Source of the DNA: Lepidodermella squamata
Taxonomy: Eukaryota; Animalia; Gastrotricha
Direction: 5' to 3'
Length of the DNA: 64,000 bases
NCBI GenBank assembly: GCA_047495785.1
Contig: JBLDXI010000017.1
Coordinates: forward strand, 620,001-684,000
The translations under genes and the position numbers were made by a program. Of this stretch, positions 1 to 13,416 are shown piece after piece (the first letter of the stretch is position 1; each line of letters opens with the position of its first letter). The notes beneath the pieces were generated by a model, which searched no databases, was not told the origin of the DNA, and was given only the letters and a program-made list of their open reading frames with translations.

Positions 1-2
1 TT

Positions 3-425
3 GGCAAGCAAGAAGGCGTTCGCCCTAAGGCTACTTCAACCCCTCGCCGAGCCTCGACCGGTTCAATCACCCTGCCTCAATTCTCCCCGATTTTCGCCGC
101 CGATGACTCGGTAAAACGCCTATCAGCCTCGACCTCAAATCTCAGCCCTGCTGCACCATCATCGCAACAAAACCAGCCTAGCAAGCTGTTTCAGTGCCGA
201 TTTTGCGATCGCACCTACACGGCTACGGCGACGGCTCGGCGCCACGAGCGGCAAAACCATCAGGAACAGCTGGCTAAACTGAACGGGTTTCACTTCAAAT
301 GCGACTCGTGCGGGTGCATTTTCCAGACGCGGCTCAGCCTGCAAACGCATCAAATGCGAGCGCCCGATTGTTATCACAAATTTATGAGCGCCGCAGATCA
401 GCAATCAGCATTAACTAAAAAATAA
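3..425 (+). CDS. C2H2+C2HC zinc-finger protein, 3' part (5' end outside window)
   Basis: Frame is open from base 3 to TAA at 423-425 and is not in the ORF track. Translation includes FQCRFCDRTYTATATARRHERQNH...FKCDSCGCIFQTRLSLQTHQMRAPDC, the same finger pair as the neighbouring genes. Confidence 0.85.
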   Translation, partial: GKQEGVRPKATSTPRRASTGSITLPQFSPIFAADDSVKRLSASTSNLSPAAPSSQQNQPSKLFQCRFCDRTYTATATARRHERQNHQEQLAKLNGFHFKCDSCGCIFQTRLSLQTHQMRAPDCYHKFMSAADQQSALTKK

Positions 426-2060
426 CTGAAAAATAACAATATGACGAACCTTTGAATATATTCTACTTGTGCAATGTGCGGACATTTTCTCATGCCAAAA
501 ATATTTGAAATCGTTCTTGAAAAGAAGACATTTTGGCAGCTAATATATTGCAATTATATGGCATGTTATTATTGTTTATGAAAGTGATTTAGCTTAATAG
601 ATATAGGAGCACTAGTGATGGCGGTGCTTATTAGATTTTTTGTTTCATTTATTGCTAGATTTCTCCAACGATCTATATCTTGTCAATAAAATAAATTTGC
701 ATTATTAATCTTGTTGTTTGCGGTGTTTCCAGTTCCTTGGAAAGCTTGGAAATTGAGTTTTGCGGCAGATTTTCTAGCCGAAAACAGGAGGGCGTAGCCG
801 CTCACTTGTTAATTTTTCATCATTCAATTCTCAATGCTCGGCAATAAAAACGATAAAATGGTGGCGCATGGCATCTTTATTTATTGGTTTGACCTGACCT
901 TTGGTTGCGCGCCAATTTTATTGAATCTCGAAAGCAATAATCTTCTTTTCTGCAAAAAAATGCCGATGACTCATCGGTCGCTCGTGTGCCATTCACAAAT
1001 CTTTAGCGAGCTTCACGCGCCAAAATTTGTCAAGATATAGCTGGCATTTTAAGGTGTCCAAATTTCTTTTGAAATGGGGTGATCTATTTATATTTATATG
1101 GAAACGCTCACGGTCACAACATGACCGAACTTCAAATTTTCATGACCTTCGCACCATGTCCGTTTGTCCGTTGCATTCCGGAAAAATACATATTCCGGTG
1201 TCGAATAATCATTTTTTTAAATTATTGCGTGATCTTAATTTTTTAAAGTCACTATTCGAAGTACCTTTTCAGTATTTTTTCAGCAGCAAGGATCATATAT
1301 ATCAGAGCTTTCATGGCTTCATCTCGGTCTAGGAATTTTGATTTTTTAAATTGAAACTGAAATGCGAACTTTTCGAAAATAGATTACTCATCAAGTTTTT
1401 TGACGGTGGAATCGAATTAAAACAGAGAATAGGGTCTTGGCGGAACTGATCGATTTTCAGTATAGATGGCTTTAAAATCGAAATGTTAAATGGCTCATCA
1501 ATAAAGAAGGATTAGCCTTTTCCAAAAGTGCCGGAATTCAAGTATTTTTATCGTCTCATTTTTGTCTCATTTTTGACAGCAAATCTCGGAATCTCTGAAC
1601 TTGAGATCAATCAGCTGATAAATGCTGGCTATCAAGGTAACTTGTAATAAAGCTTTTCTACAAAATTCAGGCTTCCTCCGAGCGAGATGGCCTATACCTT
1701 CCTCTTTCCTCATCGCCAGGTCAAGCCATAGTGTAAAAACGACTTGTTTACCAAAATACGTGTGGGGATGAGCAATGACGTCATGGATAGCTGATAATCA
1801 ATTTGTAACACAACATAAATAACGTTGAACACTGCGTATTCGTAACTGAATAACGAGATAATTTTATTAAGTAACACTCGCATGACATTGGCGATTGTTT
1901 TCACGCCTGCTGCGATGATGATGATACGGTAGCAAAACCAGTGTGGATATTTTACACAACCTGCATAACCTCATTTTAACGAAATTTTGCGATCGATAAC
2001 CCCTAAACGTGAGTAATTTTCCGATTTCCCATCAGAATCATCTCAGTCAATCAAAATAAC

Positions 2061-3036
2061 ATGGCATCACCTGGCTGCGAGCCCATCGACTTGTCGATTA
2101 TCAAGCGTGCAAGGCTATTTCAACCGCCGCCACTAGGATTCCGCGAAAATGACTCGCAGCAATCGCTGATGGCCGAGAAATTGGCAACATTAGACAATCT
2201 GATTGCGACCTTCGATTTGTCACGGCTAATCGCGAATGGGGGCATCCTACAATCGGAAGTCACGGTTCACTCGCCGCCTCCAATCAAGCGAAGCCATCGC
2301 GAAGTCATTGCATTGCCGCCGCCAGCAGCGAATGAGTCAAATTGCGGGCCTCCGTTGGCGAAAATACCGAAAATTTCCGAAAATTCGGTAAAATTTAAAA
2401 TAATTTATTTAATTTCATTGAAAATTACCGTGGCCAATCTCAGAGAGGCCGTTGCATATGCAAATGAGCGTCCTCATTTACCGCTTATTAGCAAAACGCG
2501 TTCGCAAATTTCGGAAAATCAGGTAAAATTTGTAAAATTACTTCAAATTTGCTGGAAATCTGGAATCGCCTGCGGTTTAAAATTTCACCATTTTTCGAAC
2601 AAATCTTTGAAAATACATGTTTACCATCGTTAAGGTTTTTTTGGAAAAAAATTCATAAAAATATAATATTAAATTTCGTTTAAATTGAAAGACTCAATTT
2701 TCATTCTATTCCATTTTGTTTCAGAAAATTCCGAAATTACCCGAAAACCCGGTAAAATCCGAAGCTTGCCTTGACGATTCTCTCGATGCGTCCGATCCGC
2801 GATTCGTGTGTAATTTCTGCAATCGAAGCTATCGTAAAGACGCATCACGTCGGCGCCATCAGCGTGAAGTTCACCGCGACGAACTGTCCTCAATTTTGTC
2901 CCACAAGTGCCACTCATGCGGCAAGGCCTTTCACTCGGAAGCGGCCGTGACGGCGCACCTCGCGCGCAGTCAAGCGTGTAATAGCGAAGATGGGCTGCGG
3001 CAAACAATCAATCACGACAATGGGCCGATAATATGA
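2061..3036 (+). CDS. C2H2+C2HC zinc-finger protein with N-terminal PIDLS (CtBP-binding-type) motif; spliced
   Basis: Exon 1 runs from ATG 2061 to a phase-0 GTAAAA donor after 2387 (or after 2522). Acceptor TTTCAG|2725. Last exon encodes CNFCNRSY...RRHQREVH...CHSCGKAF...AHLARSQAC. Confidence 0.8.
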
Positions 3037-4643
3037 GTTCTACTGATTTCAATTTTTCATCTGATTTCTTTTTTGTAATATTGTCAGATATACTTGAGGT
3101 AAAAAGCAATAAAATATTTCGTAAAAAAATGTGGGAATATATGTGTTTCTTTATCCCCAGCTTGACCAAGTGTTATTGTAGTCATGATATTATGCACTGC
3201 CATTTTAATTACATTAACCTCTCCATGACGTTAATGACTTATCAAGCTGCGAAAAAGCCGGCTACAGAAAATCGTCAATTAAGTATATTTTTTAGCTTTC
3301 AAGCCAAATTCCGGTCATACTTATTATCCAATCTGATTTTGGAATATTCTGGAAAAATTATTTATCAGTGTTTACTCAATTTTGCCCGGACTTGCCTTGT
3401 TTTTGTCGAAAAGCTGGCGATTCTCAATAAACCAGTTTTTAGCAATGAAACGGACGCGTCTATGTCCCCGACATGCTCCGGTTACCTCCATTTTTGATGG
3501 CGATAATAAGGCGTGCCAGTTGGAGGACAAATAAGTGCTGAATATTTCTCGGGTTCTTTTAATCAAAGCTGATATATATGAAATGGTTGCGGCATTGAAT
3601 AATTGAAATACAAAATAAAATAGGTAATTAAACTGGCAAAATTGCAGTCGCCAAATGTGCATCAATAAAATCTGAGGGTTCGCAGCAATAATACAGGATA
3701 CTCCAGCTCTGAAGTCCCACAAGATAATACGGCTTTTCGAGTTTAACGTTCAACTTCTTCTTTGAATTTTACTCAATCACAGATCTCACTATAATTACGC
3801 GTAATTCGCGCTATCCGCGATCAATTTACGAGCAATACTTCAGACAGCAGAGCCAATATCGATTCCCAGTATCGATTTTACAAATCAGTGATTTTTCCGA
3901 TATCAAAAATCCATGAAGCCAACATTGAAAGATCACCCAAGTTCTTCCATTACCACACTCTTGAATTAAACAAATCTCAGATATTATCTGTTAATATCGA
4001 TCGATCCAGCAAGTAAAACGTTGGAAAATCGAAAAAATCGAACTGGAACCCTTATTTTAGCGTTATACAAATAAATATTATTTTAACCGAAATACACATG
4101 AAAATGAATGTCAAATTTATATCGGGCAAAATTGATTGATAATAAATTTTCGACTCCGCCCATATGTGTCTTCGTGGGCCAATAATTCGAAATGTCTCTT
4201 TTTAAGCAATTAAGGACACATTTGGGGCCAAGGGTTGCTGTATTCTGATCCAAGATTTTTTGAGCTTCTATTTTCGTTTGGACATGAGTTTTTATGAGTT
4301 CAAAGGTCCGGATATTTCTAGAGCAAAACAAGCTGTTTACGAGATATAAGTAATTTAAACTTTAACCTCATTGCCATTATAAAACTTTTTAAGTCCAGAC
4401 TTGTCGGTGACCTTGATCGTAGATTGAAAAACAACTCGGTAAAAGTTCGAAAATAAGTCGAAAACAATATCGAAAGAGCACGCGACAAAAGCCAAGACAA
4501 TACCGGCTTCGTTGTTTTTAATATTCCTAACCAGAAACGTACGGAAAAATAGTTGTTTTTCAAAAACAACGCGCTACTATAAAAGGCGAAATTATCTCTC
4601 AAAACCTCGAAATGCGAACCAATTATTTCAATAATTTAACGCT

Positions 4644-6059
4644 ATGTATCCTGCCAATAATATGTTCAACTATTATTCGCCTTATCTTGCCCCGATGAAT
4701 TATCTCGCGAATTTACCTATCACGGTTCCGCTTGACTCGGCAGCGATTGATTTGAGCCTACCCCGAGCGAAGCGCTTGTCAACGAACCGCGACGCGATTC
4801 CTAATTTGCTGCAAAATGTCTTCCTCGAATTGAGCCAATTGAAATCGATGGCTGAGAATGGGAGCAATCACGTATCGGCATTTCGGCCTGTTCAACCAAG
4901 CGTGACGGCGACTGGCAGGCGGACGACGCAACTCGCCCAACGGCTGGAATGCGCCTTCTGCGACACAACTTGGGCATCGAAGCGAGGACTGAGGCGGCAT
5001 GAGCGCGAATTTCACGCCCATCAACTCGAGTCGATGGAGGATGTGTTTCGATTTCGCTGCGAGCACTGCTCAAGGCCGTTTTCGTCTCGAACAGCCCTGG
5101 CGGCTCACATGCGCTGCTCGAGTGCTTGCTGCAAGGCGAAGCTGAATGGCATGCAAAATGATAGGTGAGTCTACAAGAGATTTTTAACCAATAGTAAAAA
5201 TATTAAAAAGATTTAATAAATAATTTTGCTCATTTCGATTTCACTTATCGATTTTACTAATCAGTGATTTTTTCGATATCGGCAAATTTTTTTAAATTTT
5301 ACCCGCATGAAGTTAAAGAAAGAGAAATTTCGCGAATTTTCGCTTTATACATTAAAAATCCCAGTTTAAAATTATTGCATATATTCACAACTGCTAAGTG
5401 AATCATTATATTCGCATGACCTGATTCATGATTCATGCCTATAATAATAAGAGGTGCGCGCAAAAAAGACACCAGTCCAAATGTTGTCTGAAATTAGAGC
5501 ACGCGCCCGAAATTGCTGACCATCCTAATTCCAGGATACTAGAACAAGGGTAACTGTCTAGGTAGCGACTGGAAATTTTAATTTTTTTTAAATCATTATT
5601 TTTTCTTCTAATTTTTAGTGATCCGATCGACATCATTACCCTGGAAGATTCGCCCTCGCCCCCGGCTTCATCAACCCCGATCTCATCGTCCACACCCTCA
5701 GCGTCACAACTCGACGACCTGAACTCAACGAGCAACTCATCGACAAGCGATAGCGGCATTGACGAGCGAATTCAGCAGCAACGGCCGAAAAAGCACGGCT
5801 GCCCTCATTGCCCGGCCTTTTTCACTGCCATGTCTTCAATGCGCGCGCATGGTAATAAAATGCAACAATAATAAAAACTCCTCCTTAAAATTGCGTTTTT
5901 ATTACAGTGCGCCATTTTCATCCGGATAAAGTCGCTGAAACGTGCCCTCATCTGTGCGTTCACTGCTCTCAACGCTACACGTCGCCGCATGCTCTCAACG
6001 TCCACCTGGCTACGTCATCGGCCTGCCGAGCGTTACGTCTTTCAAGGTTGACAATGTAA
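4644..6059 (+). CDS. Four-finger zinc-finger protein: join(4644..5164,5619..5851,5908..6059); the unspliced two-finger form stops at 5168
   Basis: Perfect phase-2 donor AG|GTGAGT at 5164/5165 is in frame with TTTTTAG|5619. Finger pair A: CAFCDTTWAS..RHEREFH / CEHC..AHMRCSSAC. Finger pair B: CPHCPAFF..AHVRHFH / CVHCSQRY..VHLATSSAC. AIDLSLP motif near the N-terminus. Confidence 0.75.
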
Positions 6060-8071
6060 CACACACAGCACATCAATGTATCGAAAAAATAGAACAAAAT
6101 ACTTCTGCTCATTTATTTGGAATAGCTCTATAATTTTGTCCGAGGTGGGGCTTTAAAATTGTCGCCGACCTCAAACAACAATCTCTGTCCGTATCATCCT
6201 ATCTATTTTTGTTCTGCTTTTTTTGGAATAACAAGATGTGCAATTGTTTTCTTGAAAATAAAATACGCGGCTGTAAACTCACGTGTGTCTGCGCCGCAAT
6301 AGAAAAATGAGGGGAATCTCGTTGATCTGACGTCGCAGTAAAAAATACGTACCACTTTTTGCGTTGCAACTGTGTCGGAATTCATTCAGCAACGACAGGC
6401 GCATTTTTTTCTATGCGCAAAGTAAAAAGTTTACTAAATATAACTGAGGTCGCGCAGTCATTCATTTTTTCCCCCCAAGTTTGTATTGTTACTTCCGGCA
6501 ATAAGTGCTATGACACTAATACAAGTTTTGCGTTGCTGGCTCTAATCAATTTTACACCCGATTCAGGTAATTCTTTCATTCCATCGATATTTATTTTCCA
6601 ATCTTAATCACTGAAACAAGGTCGCAGCCTCATTTCAATGAATATCCGAATAGTTGAGATTTTTTGAACCAGCACTGCGCCCTTGGATTCTTGTATAGAG
6701 CTGGCCAGGAGGGTTAGGATAGGAACAATAGAGCGGTTTCATATTTATATATTTAACTGGAACGAAAATCGGTTATTTTTATGAAGGGTGGGCCCGAATT
6801 GAATGAGCGGTTTAATTTTCGGATCAAGATCGCTCTGTCGCTTTCTCATTTTTGTATTAGGTAATAATTATTTTTCTGGTTCCAAAATGACTGAAATATA
6901 ACATGACATATTTGTGCACCTATTTTCAAATTTCAAATTTTAAATTTTTCAGGCAAAAGGAAGCGAATACTAATTCAGGCCTAAAATACAGTTGAAAAAG
7001 ACAGATTTAAGGCCAATCTTTAAAGCATGCAAAGTATTTTTTGAATTGCACAAAAAATGATATTTTTTTTCTAAATTTTCTACAAATCTATAATAGCGCC
7101 ATTAGACTGGTGGCGTTTCATTCAAATTTGTGTCAAATCTTTCCGCCGTTCAATATGAACATGAACGAATTTCCGTTGTCTAAACTCATTTAAACTTTGA
7201 GCGCAGCTATCCCAGAATCGATCCGATTTTTCGCCTCCTGACAATTTTTCATGGCTTTGGAAAATATTTTCAAAAAAATGAATTTTGCCTTATAATTATT
7301 TCATGGATATGATCGAAGGAATAAATTAAATTTGCAAGTTTTGTTACGCAACAATGAACTAGCCGATAACAGCCAAATTTCAACTGGTGTTAGCCTGTGG
7401 TAGAAAATCTGGCCCGCTAGGATCACCTACTCAAAAGTTTTCAAGACTCAAAATTTACACTTTTCTTTCGATCACATCCTGGGTGTGTTCTAAAAGGTGT
7501 GTTGAGCGGCGCCACTCAATAAATTTTTAGAAAATCAGGTAAATTTCAAAATGTCTTCCTTATTCGAGTGCCCGAAAATTGGCAAGACGCATTGTCCAAG
7601 TTCGTGCGAACATTTTCGAAATTTTTTTTTGAATGGAGTTGAAGCTATTAAGGCTAACGTCAGGTTACACGGTACATTGTCCGGCTGGTGACCTTGGCTC
7701 GCTCAGTGTTTTTTCGTCTGCTCGGTGCGTTGATAAATCTCAACACGTGCAATAAAGTAACGCCATCACAAACTACACAATTATTATGGTACATCGGGTT
7801 GCGTTATTCATTCCCTGCTTTTCCGGGTGCTTTTAGATTTTTTCGCTTAAATGTTAGAAATAATAATCGCATTTTATTGCTTTTATAGCGTTAATTTTAG
7901 CAAGTGTTAATTGCACGCGTACTGCGTCCTAATCTAGAAGAAAAAAAGGATCATTAGGCGGGTGGGAGAGCTCGATCTGAAAATAAGGTTATTTTCCGTG
8001 GACAAAAATCCAAATCAAAATAGCCATTACCCCTCATTATTTTTTATATATAGATTTTTTGAATAGAAACT

Positions 8072-10209
8072 ATGATAGAAAGTGACGAAGGCGTTGAAGC
8101 TGATTTCTCGCAATCACCCGATAACGGGGCCCTAGACCTGACCCTGCCGCGGGAGAGAAAGAGATCAGCGAGTCAAATGGCTAGTTCGACTTCAATCTAC
8201 CTATCTGTCTATGACGAATTGGTGAAATTGAAGGCGCATCAGGACCATTTGGACCTGAACCAGACCGAGCAGAGTAGCAGACCTGTCGATCTAACCGAGT
8301 TTTTCTCGCCCTCCAGCAGTTCGTCCTTCAACAGCTCGTTCGCCTCGACGCAGACGACGGCCTCCAGCAGCAGCAGTGTTTCGAAGCAGTCGGATCGGCT
8401 GAAATGCCACTTTTGCGAGACGACGTGGGCGTCGGGCAACGGGCTGCGGCGCCACGAGCGGGAATACCACTCGCAGGAGTTGGATAAAATGAATGATTTG
8501 TTCAAGTATCGCTGCGATCAGTGTGACAAGGCGTTCTGTTCGAAAACGGCGCTGACAACGCACAAAAGCCGGTCGAATACGTGCCATTTGTATAGACCAC
8601 CGGCGGCGACGACGACGACGAACAGCCTCACTGAATCAGCTCCTTTCGAGTTCAACAGGTTTGATTTCGCATTTTTGAAAAATTAATTTTGCAAATGTTG
8701 TAACAGTGATTTTTATAATTTGAACTTGTTGATTCCATTCAAATTTGTAAAATCAAAATTCGCTTCGAATATTTTCTAATTTTTCACCGGTGAAAAGCAT
8801 TAATATTTAATATTTAATATTAATTTTAATTTTAGCAGATTTAATTGAGAAATACTTTGACCTGCATTGGAAACATCGGTTTCAGGGTTCGGAATTTGAA
8901 CCATTTGGGTATTGGCAGCCGAAGAAGAATTAAATCTAAGGTTACTTCAGGCTATACAATTGGAAGAAATCTCAATTCTAGCGGAGAGAAATTTGGACCG
9001 GAAATTCTGAAAATTTTGAAATTTTGAAAAATTAATTGTCTTAACTTATCTGTTTTGGGAATTTTACCCGCTGGAAGTTAGCGGCCCGCTAACAAGAATT
9101 AATTATAATTCGATTAATTTGTTGATTTATCGAAAAAATAGAAATGGGTCCTCCTTTTACCGGAACCAAATTTTCGGTGAGCGGAACCAAAATTTGTAGC
9201 CACTTTTCGAAACTTTGAAGGCTGCCATGGTTGACCGATATAATTCTAAATAAATACTTATTCATTGCATTCAGAGTAAAATGAATTATATTCTCATTAT
9301 ATTTTAATCGTTTTTCAAAGTATGGTAAAAGGTACTCGAAATTCTCATCAAATATTACTTAATTTACAAGCATTTTTTTTTTAATTATTTTGTAATTATT
9401 AATTTCCCATGATCTAGGCTTTTAGCTGCGAGCTCTATCTGAAGCCATTTTTGAAGAATTTGCTGGAAGAGTGAGCCAAAACTCAGCAATTTTTCAGTTT
9501 CATCAGAATTATCAGGCGACCCCAGAGTCCCGAGCCCACAGAAATAGGGCCGTTTGAGAAGCGCTGCTTTTCTCCAAGTTTTTAAATTTAGTTTTAAGAT
9601 TAAAGGACAAACTTTTTTGAAGCCTTTCTGATGGGATCTATGAGTTTAGTGAAGTTGGAAGATGGAGTACAATGGGCAGTACAATTATGATGGGAAATGT
9701 GTAGAGTTATATTGTTTTAAGTTATCAATTGCTTGTAAAATGAATCGTTTTATAATTCAGCGCTTCCTATCCCGTCGCTGATTACGCAATAGGTAACGTT
9801 AGGTATCAGGAAGCACCCAAGCAAGAGAGATCTTTTTCTGAATAAGTTTGATCGCTTACATTTAATAACATCGGATTAATTTTCTGTTTTATTTCTTCGT
9901 ATTCACGACAGCGTAGACGCGGCTGTTTCGAATGATTCAAATTCTAATATCTCAAGTCACTCATCATCTCAATCAGCATCTCGGCAGCTTTATCAATGCA
10001 GCTACTGCCCAGCTACCTGCTCTGCTATAACGACGCTTCGAATTCACGAACGCCACAACCACGCCGATCGCGTCGCCGCAGCTCGGCCGTACCCGTGCGA
10101 CTTCTGCCCGCAGCGTTTCTCAAGCCAGCAGGGGTTGAACGTTCACCTGGCTAAATCGTCGGCTTGCAAGGCGATTCGTCAGCAGCAAAACGCAACAAAA
10201 ATAAACTGA
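8072..10209 (+). CDS. Four-finger zinc-finger protein: join(8072..8658,9912..10209); the unspliced form stops at 8686
   Basis: Exon 1 has ALDLT and PVDLT motifs plus finger pair A. Phase-2 donor AG|GTTTGA at 8658/8659 is in frame with CAG|9912. That exon is absent from the ORF track and encodes YQCSYCPATCSAITTLRIHERHNH...YPCDFCPQRFSSQQGLNVHLAKSSAC. Confidence 0.7.
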
Positions 10210-10874
10210 CTACCGACCTCATCTTCTGTGACATCTTCTGTGAGCCTCAAATTGTGATACACCTGCTAGAGCACGACTCAAAATTTCAATTTTTCAAATT
10301 CAGTCATTTTTCGAGAATTATTAAGGTGGATTTGTTATTTTCTGCTTCTGACGCCATGATGTGCAATAACTTGTTTCTCGCATTTGTTGGTTATCACTTG
10401 CATATGGATCAATATAACGCTGATATGTAATTTAAAGTCGGCCAATTGCTTATGTTAAAGTAATAATAAAGAGCAGACAGGACGACCCGAGCTATTTCTT
10501 TTTCATTGCGAGGAGCGTTTTATTGAAGGTTGGTTTAGCGAGGACGAAATGATAAATATGTGTCGTGTCCGAGTTGAAACCGGAAACGTACAGCATTATT
10601 ACCCGAAATAAAAACATTTCTAGTTAATGAGGGCAATTATTGTCCACGGGGTCATGTGAAAACGGAAAAACAACCATGTCCCCGGCCTCGATTTTTTGCC
10701 TGACGTCTGTGGTATTTTTCAATCGATTATTCACATGAAAAAAACAAAGAAAAATGCCACGTTTCTATGAACAATTCAAGAGATCGCGTGGATTGCGAAA
10801 ACGCTGAGAAATTCCAGGTTAACAACCGTCACATTTAGTAGAATTCATTTTTTGTGTTTTGCAGTTTAAGCGAG

Positions 10875-13416
10875 ATGTATAGCCTTAACTATGACTACAT
10901 GCTACTGGGTGTTCTTCGCCAATACTTGGACAACCTGAGCTTTCAATACCCTGCCGAAAACGTTTGTGCTGGCACAGATTCTCCACTTGATTTGTCAAAA
11001 AAGACATCGCCATCGAATTCAACGCCGCCAATCTCATCTAACGCCAATTTGAACGGTGTGAAAAACTTGAATGGAACTGAAAATTCCACTGCTGCTGATG
11101 AAGCGATGAGGTTGAAATGCCGATTTTGCGACACAACGTGGGCGTCAGACAACGGATTGCGGCGGCACGAACGCGAGTTTCACATCGGCGAAATGGCCAT
11201 TTTGAACGAGGATTTCAAGCACAGGTGCGATCGCTGTGGCATGGCGTTTTGCTCTCCGACGGCGCTGAAGACGCATGTTAGCCGGTCAATGAACTGCCGC
11301 AAGGTCGAACGAAAGGCCAAATCACCCGGAAGGTCGGTAATTATTTCCAATTTATGAACTCGCGTAGCCCTACCCGTATTTTGAAATTGAGTAGACACAA
11401 AATCAAAAGTCGAATTGAAAATCAGAAAATTGATGTGGCTTATTTTTCACTATTTTTACTTTATTTTTATTTTCGTTTAAAAATTGAAAAAATGTCGGTT
11501 CCAACAGCGCGATTTTTATGATCTTGCTCGTGAATAATGATCAACTGGGTCAGTTCGATTGGTTTAAAGCCGAGATATTTATGGCAAATAATGTCCGCAT
11601 TTCGGACAATATAATCGTGAGCTTCAAATAGCATCAGTTTTTTAATTGTGAAATTGCGTCAACCTAGTTTAAGCCAAAATTAACAAACTATTTCCGCATT
11701 TTCCTCAGCTAAATTTTATTCCGTATCTTGCTTATAGGGTTCAAAGTTACTTAAATCTGTACGGTTTCAGGGTAAATACATATACGATATCGGGTTGGGG
11801 TAATGTGTGACAAAACCTTGGGTTTTTTTAATGATGCTTAATTGCGACCGGCTATCAGAAGTAGGACTGCGATAGCCAGCGGAGCGAATAGAGACCATTG
11901 AGCGAAATCGGCGGCGGCCGTGTTGCAGAAGTCTTTGTTGTTGCAACAGAAGTATTGCGTGCCGCCGAGGCCGAGATCGACGTTGGTGTAGTTGCAAAGC
12001 GGGGTGCATGTCTTGTTAACTTGAACGACAACGCCGAACACTTGCGTCACCACATTCTATTTTTTGAAAAAAAATAGGAGACATAAATCATGAACAATTT
12101 ATGTTCTATTAGACTGCCTTAAAATATTTCTGGCTCGGATTTTTCTTTAGCGAGAAAATGATAATTATGCGACTTCAATGGGAAGATAGAAGCCGGGTAA
12201 TCCTAAGATCTCCTACTGAATTAAGCTTTCTTTAAGCATTTGAAAAATTGTAGATAAAAATTCAAAAAATCTTCCTTAAATTTTTCGATGAAGGAAAATT
12301 TCATTTTCTATGCTAATTGCTAATTACCTATGTGAAATTGTTATCCAGCCATCAGCCATAAAATTAAGCGGTATTTACGGTAGGGAATTGTCGGCCTTTC
12401 ACACTGATTTTCAGGCTTCCATTCCCCCTCATAATGACCCGGCCTAATTTTCAAAAGGTCACCCCCAAGGTTCATGAAATTTGTAATCTTGAATTGGAAC
12501 TAAAATATTGGACTTGAGTCAAGGCCGCTTTCTGTTAACTTGGCTCTTTCTACTTTTTATTGCTTTTGGAAAAAATTAGGTCATTTCCTACCAAGCAAAA
12601 TCCGCCATTTGTTGTAGTACAAAATCCGCTTGTATTGTTGACGGTAATAGTGTCATTACACTTCAAAACTCCGGCGGCATCTATAGACATGGAAAAAGAT
12701 TTCTTATAAATTATTGACATTTTTGTAATTCGAGAATTAATTACCCGCATAGCTACTGCTCATCGCCAAAACATAGGCCGCGGCAATCAAACCGCTGATC
12801 GAAAGAGAAGTTGTGAAAGAAACCATTTTTCGAGGAATTTCGCGATAAAAAAAATGAGTAATTGAATGAATTATATGAAGTTAGACACCGAATAAATGGT
12901 TTTAAGCTTTCGTCGAGGACTCATTTTTTAATAATTGTCTCTTCTCACGAAACACGGGCATAAGCGCAGACACTCAGGGACAAATGATTTTTTTCTTTAG
13001 TCACCACTTTATTTTTTGGTAAAAATTAAACATTTTTATTTCATCTTGATTATTTCTAAAAATTTGGAGTAAAATTCAGAATTTATTTCCGAAACTCATA
13101 TTTCGATTCTCATTCAATTTCATCGATTTTATGCTATCTCAGGTCTGTTGATTCTCCTCAAAATGGCGGCGTGAGGAAATCTCGATTTAGCAAACAATTT
13201 GCCTGCAATTTTTGCCCAGCCCGTTGTTCAGCTTTAACCACCCTGCGCATCCACGAGCGCCACAGCCACCCTGAGACCGTCGCCACTTCTCGGCCCTTCT
13301 CCTGCCACTACTGCAGCCAACGTTTCGATACAGCTCAAGGCGTTACGGTTCACATGGCTCGGTCTTCCGGCTGCAAAGCTCTTCGATATCAAAATTCGAA
13401 AAATAACAGCGATTGA
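10875..13416 (+). CDS. Four-finger zinc-finger protein: join(10875..11332,13143..13416); the unspliced form stops at 11357
   Basis: ATG 10875, PLDLS motif and finger pair A. Phase-2 donor AG|GTCGGT at 11332/11333 is in frame with CTCAG|13143, an ATG-less exon encoding finger pair B (CNFCPARC..RIHERHSH / CHYCSQRF..VHMARSSGC). Confidence 0.65.
11838..12826 (-). CDS. Ly6/uPAR (three-finger) GPI-anchored protein, copy 1; 3 exons
   Basis: Signal exon MVSFTTSLSISGLIAAAYVLAMSSSYA; exon 2 LKCND...GFCTTTNGGFCL; exon 3 ...TCTPLC...FCCNNKDFCN followed by a hydrophobic tail. Confidence 0.85.

Noticed and set aside
3871-5280. Shared 34-bp motif ATCGATTTTAC.AATCAGTGATTTTT.CGATATC at about 3871 and about 5247
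   Set aside because: The match is real but too short to assign. It is likely a fragment of a dispersed repeat or of the zinc-finger duplication.
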